Below are positions 45,175 to 51,556 of a stretch of DNA of 51,556 bases, piece after piece. Origin of the DNA: a virus (Duplodnaviria > Caudoviricetes); IMG/VR virus record IMGVR_UViG_3300017766_001463, positions 1 through 51,556 of that record, one strand, 5' to 3'. The first letter of the stretch is position 1, and every line of letters begins with the position of its first letter. Both the position numbers and the translations under genes were made by a program. The notes beneath the pieces were generated by a model. That model searched no databases. It had not been told where the DNA came from and saw only the letters and a program-made list of their open reading frames with translations.

Positions 45175-46716
45175 TTAAGCGGCGAGCGAGAAGCGCTCGT
45201 CAAGGGTTACTTCAACGGTGGCAGTGGTAGTCAGGACAAGGGTAGGCTCGGCCTCGACCGCTGTCTCAGCCTCGTCCTCGTCCTCGTCCTCGTCCTCTTC
45301 TTCATCGTCGTCAACCTCAGGCGCATGGTCAGGGTGGTACTTGTCGCCATCGACCTCTACATAGTCCTCGTCATCGGTGTACCAGTTGCCTGACTCAGCG
45401 CATTGCCAGCAGTCCTCGACCAGCTCGTACTGGTTTGTGTTCTCGGCATAGCAGATGTCGTCGTCATCCTGCTCGTAGTACTCGTCGCACGACTCGAGCC
45501 ACACAGCGTTGTCACTGTGCGTGAAGTCGCCGTTATGCAGTTGCACGATGCTGTTGTCAGACAGATAGTTCACGTCGTAGTACTCTCTGCCTACCTCAAT
45601 GACATCGTCGTTGTGGATGTAGTACTCGTTGCCACGGCGTGAGTAAGCGTAGGTGTAGTTATCGTGACGGCATGAGTCGCACACATGGTGGTCTTCATGG
45701 ATACCAGTCCAGTAGCCGTCATCCTCGTCGAACCCCTCACCGCAGTCCTCACAGGTGCAGTTGTGTTGGTTGATAACACCAGCGGTGGAGTCTGCTTGGA
45801 ACTCACCGCCGTTCTCTGCGACGAACAAGTACCCGTCAGCCCTGTCCACTTGCTGATTGCCGCCGTCAATGTAGGGCATGAGGTAGCCGCCCCGTTCTGT
45901 CTCGTACTGCATGAGCGGTGTCTCGTCAGGCCAGCCGCCCCACTTGGTATACCCCATGCTCTTGAGATACGCCTCGATAGCCTCGTCAGCACCAGAGTGT
46001 GAGCACTCGTTGCGCTCACGCTTGTATGAGCGCACAAAGCCAAAGGTATCCGAGCTGTCGGGGTCACTCCAGATAAGGCAACGACCGAGCACCTCGTCAC
46101 CCTCGACACGCACAGCCATCGACCAGCCAAGCGAGGGGTCATACACCTCGTAGGGATGGCGCATCTTGCCGTCAGCGCATCGGATGTCGAACCTGCTGGA
46201 CATACAAGAGCGGGGGCCACCGCTTACAACCTGCACCATGCGCTTGATGTCGCTGGTGATACTGATCGTGCCGCCGTATGTATGCTCGGCCACGATGTCG
46301 CGGATGATGTCGGATGGCACATCAGGCCAGTGGCGAGTCAAGTACTTGCCGATGCTGGTGACCAATGCTTTCTTGTCGCTGTCACCCTCGTACATGGCGG
46401 ACTTCTCGTCACGGGTATAGGCCAGTCGGTTGGGGTCAGTGAGGGACTTGTGTGGCCACTCAAGGATGAGGCGTTGCCATGTGGCTGGCATATACAGCTC
46501 GAGCATCTTCACAACTGCGGGGTGCAGTTGATGGCGGTCGTGTTGCTGGATGAACCATGGACGGCCAGCGTAACGCCGGATGTAGTTGTACCCACCGTGT
46601 GGGTTATTAACCCTGTCGTACACATCACCGCTCAAGATACGCACGAGGGGGTTGACCCACTCAGACCAGAACTTCTGGGCTTCACGGCGGTCTGCAAACT
46701 TATAGCTTGGTTTCAT
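45175..46716 (-). CDS. Large early protein with Cys-rich acidic C-terminal repeats
   Basis: 513 aa; GPRSCMS, GRCLIW, PYIDGG; CEDC, CDSC, CWQC; poly-D/E tail. Confidence 0.8.
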   Translation of the reverse strand: MKPSYKFADRREAQKFWSEWVNPLVRILSGDVYDRVNNPHGGYNYIRRYAGRPWFIQQHDRHQLHPAVVKMLELYMPATWQRLILEWPHKSLTDPNRLAYTRDEKSAMYEGDSDKKALVTSIGKYLTRHWPDVPSDIIRDIVAEHTYGGTISITSDIKRMVQVVSGGPRSCMSSRFDIRCADGKMRHPYEVYDPSLGWSMAVRVEGDEVLGRCLIWSDPDSSDTFGFVRSYKRERNECSHSGADEAIEAYLKSMGYTKWGGWPDETPLMQYETERGGYLMPYIDGGNQQVDRADGYLFVAENGGEFQADSTAGVINQHNCTCEDCGEGFDEDDGYWTGIHEDHHVCDSCRHDNYTYAYSRRGNEYYIHNDDVIEVGREYYDVNYLSDNSIVQLHNGDFTHSDNAVWLESCDEYYEQDDDDICYAENTNQYELVEDCWQCAESGNWYTDDEDYVEVDGDKYHPDHAPEVDDDEEEDEDEDEDEAETAVEAEPTLVLTTTATVEVTLDERFSLAA

Positions 46717-46744
46717 TGCTTTCTCCTAGTTTCATTTGAAAGTA

Positions 46745-46790
46745 CCGGGCATGGTCGCCGCCCGGCAAGGCGTTAGAGAGATTTCTCTCT
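46745..46790 (-). promoter_or_regulatory. Palindrome + H-type pseudoknot element, copy 1
   Basis: - strand AGAGAG-AAAT-CTCTCT then CGCC/CCGGGC/GGCG/GCCCGG (a-b-a'-b'). Confidence 0.55.
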
Positions 46791-46794
46791 CGAT

Positions 46795-47016
46795 TCACTT
46801 GACTTGATAGAACCCAAGCCACTGCGTGTCAGCAACTTGGGGTTGGTACATCTTGATGTCGTACAGCGACTCGTGCGAGCCGGGCACAAGGAACAGGTTG
46901 TAGGGGTACCCGTCCTTGTCCATGAGTTTCAGTAGCTGGCGCAGGTCACGCTTGTCGTTGGTCGTAGCCCACTGCGCTACGCTTGATGCAAAGAAGTGGT
47001 GTGGTTGTTCTGTCAT
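46795..47016 (-). CDS. Hypothetical protein
   Basis: 73 aa, AAGGAG SD. Confidence 0.7.
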   Translation of the reverse strand: MTEQPHHFFASSVAQWATTNDKRDLRQLLKLMDKDGYPYNLFLVPGSHESLYDIKMYQPQVADTQWLGFYQVK

Positions 47017-47222
47017 GCTGTCTCTCCTTGGGTTGTTGTCTCAGTTGGTGCGAAGCGCTCGAACATATCCCCGAACGCGGCGAGTAGTCGGATGCGGTTG
47101 CACGTATCGGCCACAAAGAAAGCCTGCGCTATGGATGCGGCGAAGCTACCGCCGTAGCTGTCCATGTTGTGCGCCGCTTTGTACAGCTCGCTGTCCGTCA
47201 GGTTGGGTGTTAAGTCAGTCAT
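47013..47222 (-). CDS. Hypothetical protein
   Basis: 69 aa from ATG 47222; M..YGGSFA..IA.A...AD..N..RL..AF motif. Confidence 0.7.
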   Translation of the reverse strand: MTDLTPNLTDSELYKAAHNMDSYGGSFAASIAQAFFVADTCNRIRLLAAFGDMFERFAPTETTTQGETA

Positions 47223-47481
47223 TGCTTTCTCCTTTGATAGTGAAGCTGTGCACAGGCTCGCCGATGCTGTCTGTCCAGCCCGCTTTGTATGCGTCAACGC
47301 GCAGGTCGTTGTCGTTCTTGACGTGGGTTGAGTAGTCCGCCCCTGCAAAGTTGATGTCATACCCACCCCAGACGACCCACTCGTCGGCATTGGCCAATGA
47401 GTCGTTGCAAAATGGAATGAGGTCGAGCAGTGCTTGGCGGTAGCCTTCGCAGAAGGCTCGCAGTTCGTTCAATGTTTTCAT
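47215..47481 (-). CDS. Hypothetical protein
   Basis: 88 aa, GGAGAAAGCAA leader. Confidence 0.7.
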   Translation of the reverse strand: MKTLNELRAFCEGYRQALLDLIPFCNDSLANADEWVVWGGYDINFAGADYSTHVKNDNDLRVDAYKAGWTDSIGEPVHSFTIKGESND

Positions 47482-47499
47482 TTGCTTTCTCCAGTTTCA

Positions 47500-47572
47500 G
47501 ATGCCGCCCTGTTCAGGGTAGGCTCGGCTGTGTGGGCGGCATCGCACAGCCAAGTCAGAGAGATTTCTCTCT
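47500..47572 (-). promoter_or_regulatory. Palindrome + H-type pseudoknot element, copy 2
   Basis: - strand AGAGAG-AAAT-CTCTCT then CTTGGCTGTG/GATGCCGCCC/CACAGCCGAG/GGGCGGCATC (two 10-bp stems). Confidence 0.6.
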
Positions 47573-47575
47573 CGT

Positions 47576-48469
47576 TTATTTCAGAAGGTTCTTCAAGGTT
47601 TCTTTGAGCGGTTGCTTTATTGACATCGCATCGAGCTTGCGGATGTACTGCGTTCTCTTTTCGACCGGCACTTTGAGGCTGTCTGGTACAGGCGGGGTGT
47701 GTTGGTTTGCGTTCTCCTGCGCCCACTTCATCCGCTTGCTCGGCTTGGCTTTGATAGCCGTCACCATCTCGCCGTCATCGTTCTCGTACATCACATCCCG
47801 CACCATGTCAGCCCAGTGGTTCGGCACATGGCCGTTGAAAGGTATCTCGTTGATGCGCTTGATAGCTTCCCGCAACAGCCACTCCTTGCGATGTGCTTTG
47901 GTGTCATCCGGGTCGACATCTTGCTTGGCAATCACCGCTTCCAGTGTTGCTCTCGTATATCGAAGTAATCTCGAGCGGCGTAGGTCGGTCAGTGCAGGCG
48001 GGCTCACTCGCTGGAACGGTGTCTTGAACTTGGCCCGGTCGCGGACGGGCACCATGTCAGCGGCGTGGATGAACGCTTGCTTTATCTTGTCCGGCACATA
48101 GTCGACCCAATGGCTGTGCTCTGGCATCTCATGGGAAAGCCGCCGCTTTGCTTGCAGTTTTTCGTACAAGGTGTCGAGCACCTTCATGTACTGCACCACG
48201 AAGTCGTCACGCTCGGGTGCTGGCTCTTTGGTTTTGTAACGCACCATGCCACGCAAAATGCGGCGCTCGTGTTGCAGGGTCTGGATGACCTCGCCCCACT
48301 GCTTGTTGCTTACACGGCGGTGGCGCTTGGCGTTGGAACGCTGGCTTCGGTGCGCTCGGATGTCGGTCAAGGTCGCCTCGATTTGCTCGAGGGGTAGCCC
48401 ATCACGCTCAAGGCGGGCACTGATTTCGCGGTAGGTGAGGCCGTCGAAACGGCGGAAGGGGTCGCTCAT
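47576..48469 (-). CDS. Basic hypothetical early protein
   Basis: 297 aa, AGGAG SD; HW.D motif occurs twice. Confidence 0.75.
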   Translation of the reverse strand: MSDPFRRFDGLTYREISARLERDGLPLEQIEATLTDIRAHRSQRSNAKRHRRVSNKQWGEVIQTLQHERRILRGMVRYKTKEPAPERDDFVVQYMKVLDTLYEKLQAKRRLSHEMPEHSHWVDYVPDKIKQAFIHAADMVPVRDRAKFKTPFQRVSPPALTDLRRSRLLRYTRATLEAVIAKQDVDPDDTKAHRKEWLLREAIKRINEIPFNGHVPNHWADMVRDVMYENDDGEMVTAIKAKPSKRMKWAQENANQHTPPVPDSLKVPVEKRTQYIRKLDAMSIKQPLKETLKNLLK

Positions 48470-48540
48470 GGTAGCTCCTGTGTTGTTGGTGTCTTGAGTG
48501 TACCTGATTTAATCAATTAAATCTCCTGTTTTGTGGGCTC

Positions 48541-48835
48541 TGTCCGAGGTTAAATCAAGCGTGTTCAAGTTTGTGTCAATGCGAGGCCGCATGGTTGCTT
48601 GGGTTGAGGTGTTTCTGTCCTCTCTGGATATAGTTTTTTTGGGGGTAGCATGCCCAAGAACAAGACCAAGAGTTTTTTTCTTTGTTTGTTTTTTTGTTTG
48701 TGTATAAAACAAACACTCTTCTTTCTTTATAAATATATTTATATATAGATAGAGAGGACAGAGAACGCTCGAACCCACGCAACCATGCGGGTTGCATCGT
48801 TCCCAAACTGTGCACGACCGGAAAAACCTCGGACA
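48541..48835. repeat. Nested inverted repeats around AT-rich core (replication-origin candidate)
   Basis: TGTCCGAGGTT/AACCTCGGACA, CCGCATGGTTGC/GCAACCATGCGG and TCTGTCCTCTCT/AGAGAGGACAGA placed symmetrically. Confidence 0.7.
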
Positions 48836-48863
48836 CGAAAAAATCTGTAATACTTGAGTACTC

Positions 48864-48879
48864 AGAGAGAATTCTCTCT
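48864..48879. repeat. AGAGAG-AATT-CTCTCT palindrome
   Basis: Perfect 16-bp palindrome at the stop of the 48879 gene. Confidence 0.7.
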
Positions 48880-49091
48880 CAGAACAGCTCGCGTTGGGCA
48901 CCGAGATGGCCTTTCCAGTGGTCGTATTCACGCTGGTTGAGGAAGACCAAGCCATGCCTGTGAAGCTCGCCCTTCCTGAACACATGGATGTGTTGCTGGG
49001 TGCCGTAGGTGATGGTCTGGACATAGTAGTCCTGCCCTCGGGTTGTGACGGTGCCGAGTTCTTTGATGATGGGGTTATTGAGGTTACGCAT
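48879..49091 (-). CDS. Hypothetical early protein
   Basis: 70 aa from ATG 49091, AAGGAG SD. Confidence 0.65.
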   Translation of the reverse strand: MRNLNNPIIKELGTVTTRGQDYYVQTITYGTQQHIHVFRKGELHRHGLVFLNQREYDHWKGHLGAQRELF

Positions 49092-49102
49092 GGTTGTTCT
49101 CC

Positions 49103-49240
49103 TTACTTCATACGGGTTGCAACGAAGATAGTCCACAGATTACGGAAGCCGTATTCGTGGATGGCGTACCAAACGCCGAAAGCGTCAATGGATGAGCGGA
49201 CTGCGTGGATGTTGTCCATGATGTTGATGGTGCGTCGCAT
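49103..49240 (-). CDS. Small hypothetical early protein
   Basis: 45 aa from ATG 49240, GGAG SD. Confidence 0.55.
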   Translation of the reverse strand: MRRTINIMDNIHAVRSSIDAFGVWYAIHEYGFRNLWTIFVATRMK

Positions 49241-49304
49241 GAAAGTTCTCCAATAAAAGTATTGCGTGGCAAGCGCATGGTGTCGTTTGACAGGGTTTGA
49301 AACA

Positions 49305-49348
49305 CCGGGCAAGCCACGCCCGGCAGGTGGCAGAGAGAAATCTCTCTG
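49305..49348 (-). promoter_or_regulatory. Palindrome + H-type pseudoknot element, copy 3
   Basis: - strand CAGAGAG-ATTT-CTCTCTG then GCCAC/CCGGGC/GTGGC/GCCCGG. Confidence 0.6.
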
Positions 49349-49361
49349 AGAATCATTCTCA
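49347..49361. promoter_or_regulatory. Fur-box-like 7-1-7 palindrome
   Basis: TGAGAAT-C-ATTCTCA versus Fur consensus TGATAAT-n-ATTATCA. Confidence 0.45.
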
Positions 49362-49368
49362 TTACCGT

Positions 49369-49776
49369 TCAAGCAACGGCGCGAAGTGCGGCAATAGCGT
49401 CAGCGGCGCTCTCGAAGTTGGCAAGGTAGGCTTCAGCCAAGGCGCGAACATCCTTGCTCAGTCGCTTTGAGGTCTTGGGTGCGGCGGGCTTGGCATCAGG
49501 GCGCACAACCATGTAGCGGAAGTCGCTCGAAGCCCGGTCAATGGCCTTGATGTGCTCGGGCTTGGCATCGGCACCTTTGCCCTCAGAGAGAATTCTCTCT
49601 ACGTTCTTGAAGCCTTGGCCCTCAAGGTGCCCCGTCATCCAGCGGGTGCGAAGGTCTTTGCGTTGCTCGGGGGTCGCCTCAAGGTACGCCGCATGGAACG
49701 GGTCGGCGGCCTCACGAATCTTGCGGCTCATTGCGCCGGTGTTGAAAGCGAATTGTTGAATGGTCAGTTTTTGCAT
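49369..49776 (-). CDS. First gene of early block, hypothetical protein
   Basis: 135 aa, TAGGAG SD; contains fifth AGAGAG palindrome at 49585-49600. Confidence 0.75.
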   Translation of the reverse strand: MQKLTIQQFAFNTGAMSRKIREAADPFHAAYLEATPEQRKDLRTRWMTGHLEGQGFKNVERILSEGKGADAKPEHIKAIDRASSDFRYMVVRPDAKPAAPKTSKRLSKDVRALAEAYLANFESAADAIAALRAVA

Positions 49777-49929
49777 GGAAGTTTCTCCTAAAGGTTGATG
49801 ATGTGCCCCGGCTTTCCCACCGAGACAACTCTAGTTTACGGATGCCCCCATTCGATAGCCCTCGAGGGCATCATTTCTTGAGCAAAAAGGCTACTTTCCC
49901 GACCCCACCGTACCCCTATGGGCCTAATA

Positions 49930-49958
49930 TTGACGGGCTTACACGCGCATAGTACAAC
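49930..49958 (+). promoter_or_regulatory. Possible sigma70 promoter
   Basis: TTGACG-N17-TACAAC. Confidence 0.35.
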
Positions 49959-50027
49959 ACTGTTCCACAACCGCACAGACTAATTCTGTAATACCTAAGT
50001 AATATTTTAAAAATCCCACAGCCTATT

Positions 50028-50043
50028 TGTCTAACGTTATACA
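50028..50043. promoter_or_regulatory. Operator-like palindrome
   Basis: TGTCTAACGTTAtACA, one mismatch from perfect palindrome; third copy of family. Confidence 0.55.
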
Positions 50044-50078
50044 GGAGACCACCCCCTCCTCAAAAAACAGGGCCATGC

Positions 50079-50100
50079 CAAAATTTTTTAAAAAATTTTG
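50079..50100. repeat. Perfect 22-bp A/T-tract palindrome
   Basis: CAAAATTTTTTAAAAAATTTTG. Confidence 0.7.
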
Positions 50101-50115
50101 AAAAACTCGGGGCAT

Positions 50116-50146
50116 AAAAAAACCCCGCCAGTTGCCCAGCGGGGTT
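50116..50146 (-). terminator. Rho-independent terminator
   Basis: AACCCCGC-loop-GCGGGG followed by T7 on - strand. Confidence 0.65.
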
Positions 50147-50197
50147 AAAGAGGTCTTCAACCTCAAGGAGAAAGCAATGGAACTTGCTGCGAACAGC

Positions 50198-50227
50198 TTG
50201 CACCAAAGCCCAAAGTAAGTATATACT
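50198..50227 (+). promoter_or_regulatory. Possible promoter for terminase operon
   Basis: TTGCAC-N18-TATACT upstream of ATG 50268. Confidence 0.4.
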
Positions 50228-50267
50228 CACGCCATCGGGACTGCAACCCGCCACTCCTCAAGGACAA

Positions 50268-50930
50268 ATGCTGGACCACCTTTTAAACTTCGACGCTGAA
50301 GTTCTCTCTACCTCCGAGGCACCGGCCCCGGCGGCTAAATCTGCGCCAGCAGATGTCCTAAACGCCAAGATCACCACGACCGACTGGCTAAAAGAGATGG
50401 GTGCCCCCGACACGGAAACGATCGTGTCAGAGCTTGAGAAGCAGCAAGCCCGTGAAACATTCACTGCGCTCACAACCGGCGCTCCCATAAAAGACCAACA
50501 CGCCCTCGTCTCCAGTATTGAGACTCCTGCTGCCGTTCGGCACCTGACCAGCATGCTGACAGCATACGACTGGGAGTTTGTGAACCAAGCCAAGGAGCTG
50601 CGGGGGTACGCGGTGGCCAAAATCTTGGAAGAGTGCGAGAGTCCCAACGCCAATATCCGCTTGAAAGCACTGGGGTTGCTGGGCAAGGTCACAGAAATTG
50701 GGCTGTTCACGGACAAGATCGAGGTCAAGCAGGCCGAGATGTCCGACGCTGAGATTGAGCAGCGCATCAAGGACAAGCTATCCAAGTTCATGGGCGTGAT
50801 CGACGTCATTGATGTCTCCGCCTCGGACGACGGCATCCCAGAAAACGGCTCCTCTTACGCAATGGCTCCTGAAGCCCCCGAAGAAATCACAGATGAACCT
50901 GTCCAAACTGACGACGCTGACAAAGCGTGA
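50268..50930 (+). CDS. Putative terminase small subunit
   Basis: 220 aa from ATG 50268 (AAGGA SD); RLKAL.LLGK...GLF.DKIEV; directly upstream of TerL. Confidence 0.7.
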   Translation: MLDHLLNFDAEVLSTSEAPAPAAKSAPADVLNAKITTTDWLKEMGAPDTETIVSELEKQQARETFTALTTGAPIKDQHALVSSIETPAAVRHLTSMLTAYDWEFVNQAKELRGYAVAKILEECESPNANIRLKALGLLGKVTEIGLFTDKIEVKQAEMSDAEIEQRIKDKLSKFMGVIDVIDVSASDDGIPENGSSYAMAPEAPEEITDEPVQTDDADKA

Positions 50931-51556
50931 GTTGGAGGCGCTTGAACGCGCACTGCCAACGCTATCCGTCAAGGAAAAGATGGAGTTGCTCGACGATTTG
51001 GAGGCAAGAGAGCGTCGCACACGCTTGATGGCAGCGCAGGACAACATGCTCGGCTTTGCCGCTTCGGTCTATCCGGGGTTTAAGATAGGGCCCCACCACA
51101 GAAAGCTGGCCAAAATCTTCACCGACGTGATCGAGGGGAGAAAAAAGCGTGTCATCATCAATATTGCGCCGCGTATGGGTAAGTCTGAGTTCAGCTCTTA
51201 CTTGTTCCCGGCCTACTTCTTGGGCAAGTATCCCCAGAAAAAGATCATCATGGGCACGCACACGGCAGGTCTGTCGGAGGACTTCGGCAGGCGTATCCGT
51301 AACTTACTGGACTCGGAGGAGTACCGTGAAGTTTTCCCCCAAACAATGGTGGCAGACGACCAAAAGGCTGCTGGTAAGTGGTCTACAAGCGCTGGCGGTC
51401 AGTACTATGCTGCTGGTGTCGGCGGCGCTCTTGCTGGTCGTGGTGCTGATCTGTTCGTTATTGACGACCCTCACTCGGAACAAGATGTCAAGACGAACTC
51501 CCGTCTGGCTTTCGACACGGCGTGGTCATGGTTCCAAACAGGCCCCTTGCAGCGAC
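50893..51556 (+). CDS. terL: Terminase large subunit (partial, runs off window)
   Basis: Translated by hand: GPHH, INIAPRMGKS (Walker A), GVGGALAGRGADLFVIDDP (Walker B). Confidence 0.95.
   Translation, partial: MNLSKLTTLTKRELEALERALPTLSVKEKMELLDDLEARERRTRLMAAQDNMLGFAASVYPGFKIGPHHRKLAKIFTDVIEGRKKRVIINIAPRMGKSEFSSYLFPAYFLGKYPQKKIIMGTHTAGLSEDFGRRIRNLLDSEEYREVFPQTMVADDQKAAGKWSTSAGGQYYAAGVGGALAGRGADLFVIDDPHSEQDVKTNSRLAFDTAWSWFQTGPLQR

Larger units (their letters stand above)
1..51556. mobile_element. Tailed dsDNA bacteriophage genome segment (podovirus-like)
   Basis: Terminase, endolysin, tail fibres, PolA and primase-helicase in two opposed gene blocks; no host housekeeping genes; portal and capsid genes not in window. 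Confidence 0.97.

Noticed and set aside
45270-45312. GTCCTC tandem microsatellite
   Set aside because: Simply encodes the Asp/Glu tail of the 513-aa protein
47500-47554. HDV-like/theta, pistol or hammerhead ribozyme
   Set aside because: No P3/P1.1 nested elements or conserved catalytic cores recognised; only simple H-type topology
48509-49024. 171-aa and 86-aa - strand ORFs across the AT-rich region
   Set aside because: Low-complexity translation, no SD; region better explained by inverted repeats
50236-50250. CGGG-ACTGCAA-CCCG resembling a tRNA-Cys anticodon arm
   Set aside because: No D-arm, T-arm or acceptor stem

Overview
The window is a large part of a tailed dsDNA phage genome (Caudoviricetes). 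It looks podovirus-like, and a GC-rich proteobacterial host is inferred but not shown. No host genes, integrase, tRNA, rRNA or CRISPR array were seen. The + strand from 1 to 26.9 kb carries virion genes: adaptor and tail proteins, paralogous tail-fibre/chaperone modules, holin, GH24 endolysin, a tail stabilisation protein, internal virion proteins, and a ~2215-aa polyvalent protein. The - strand from 26.9 to 49.8 kb carries replication and early genes: primase-helicase, SSB-like protein, an Acb2-like anti-CBASS sponge, SNF2 helicase, HNH, PD-(D/E)XK nuclease, family A DNA polymerase, VRR-NUC, glutaredoxin, an M28-like peptidase and many small ORFs. Terminase genes start at 50.3 kb on +. The most unusual signals are non-coding. 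(1) An AGAGAG-N4-CTCTCT palindrome marks early-gene boundaries, and three copies abut sequence-divergent H-type pseudoknots with the same topology. (2) Two copies of a structured RNA-like element with an invariant stem and variable apex bracket a two-gene cassette. (3) A ~295-bp nested inverted repeat surrounds an AT-rich core (ori candidate). (4) A second operator family, TGTCTAACGTTAGACA, and a Fur-box-like site are present. All protein calls come from motif recognition by eye; no searches were run.
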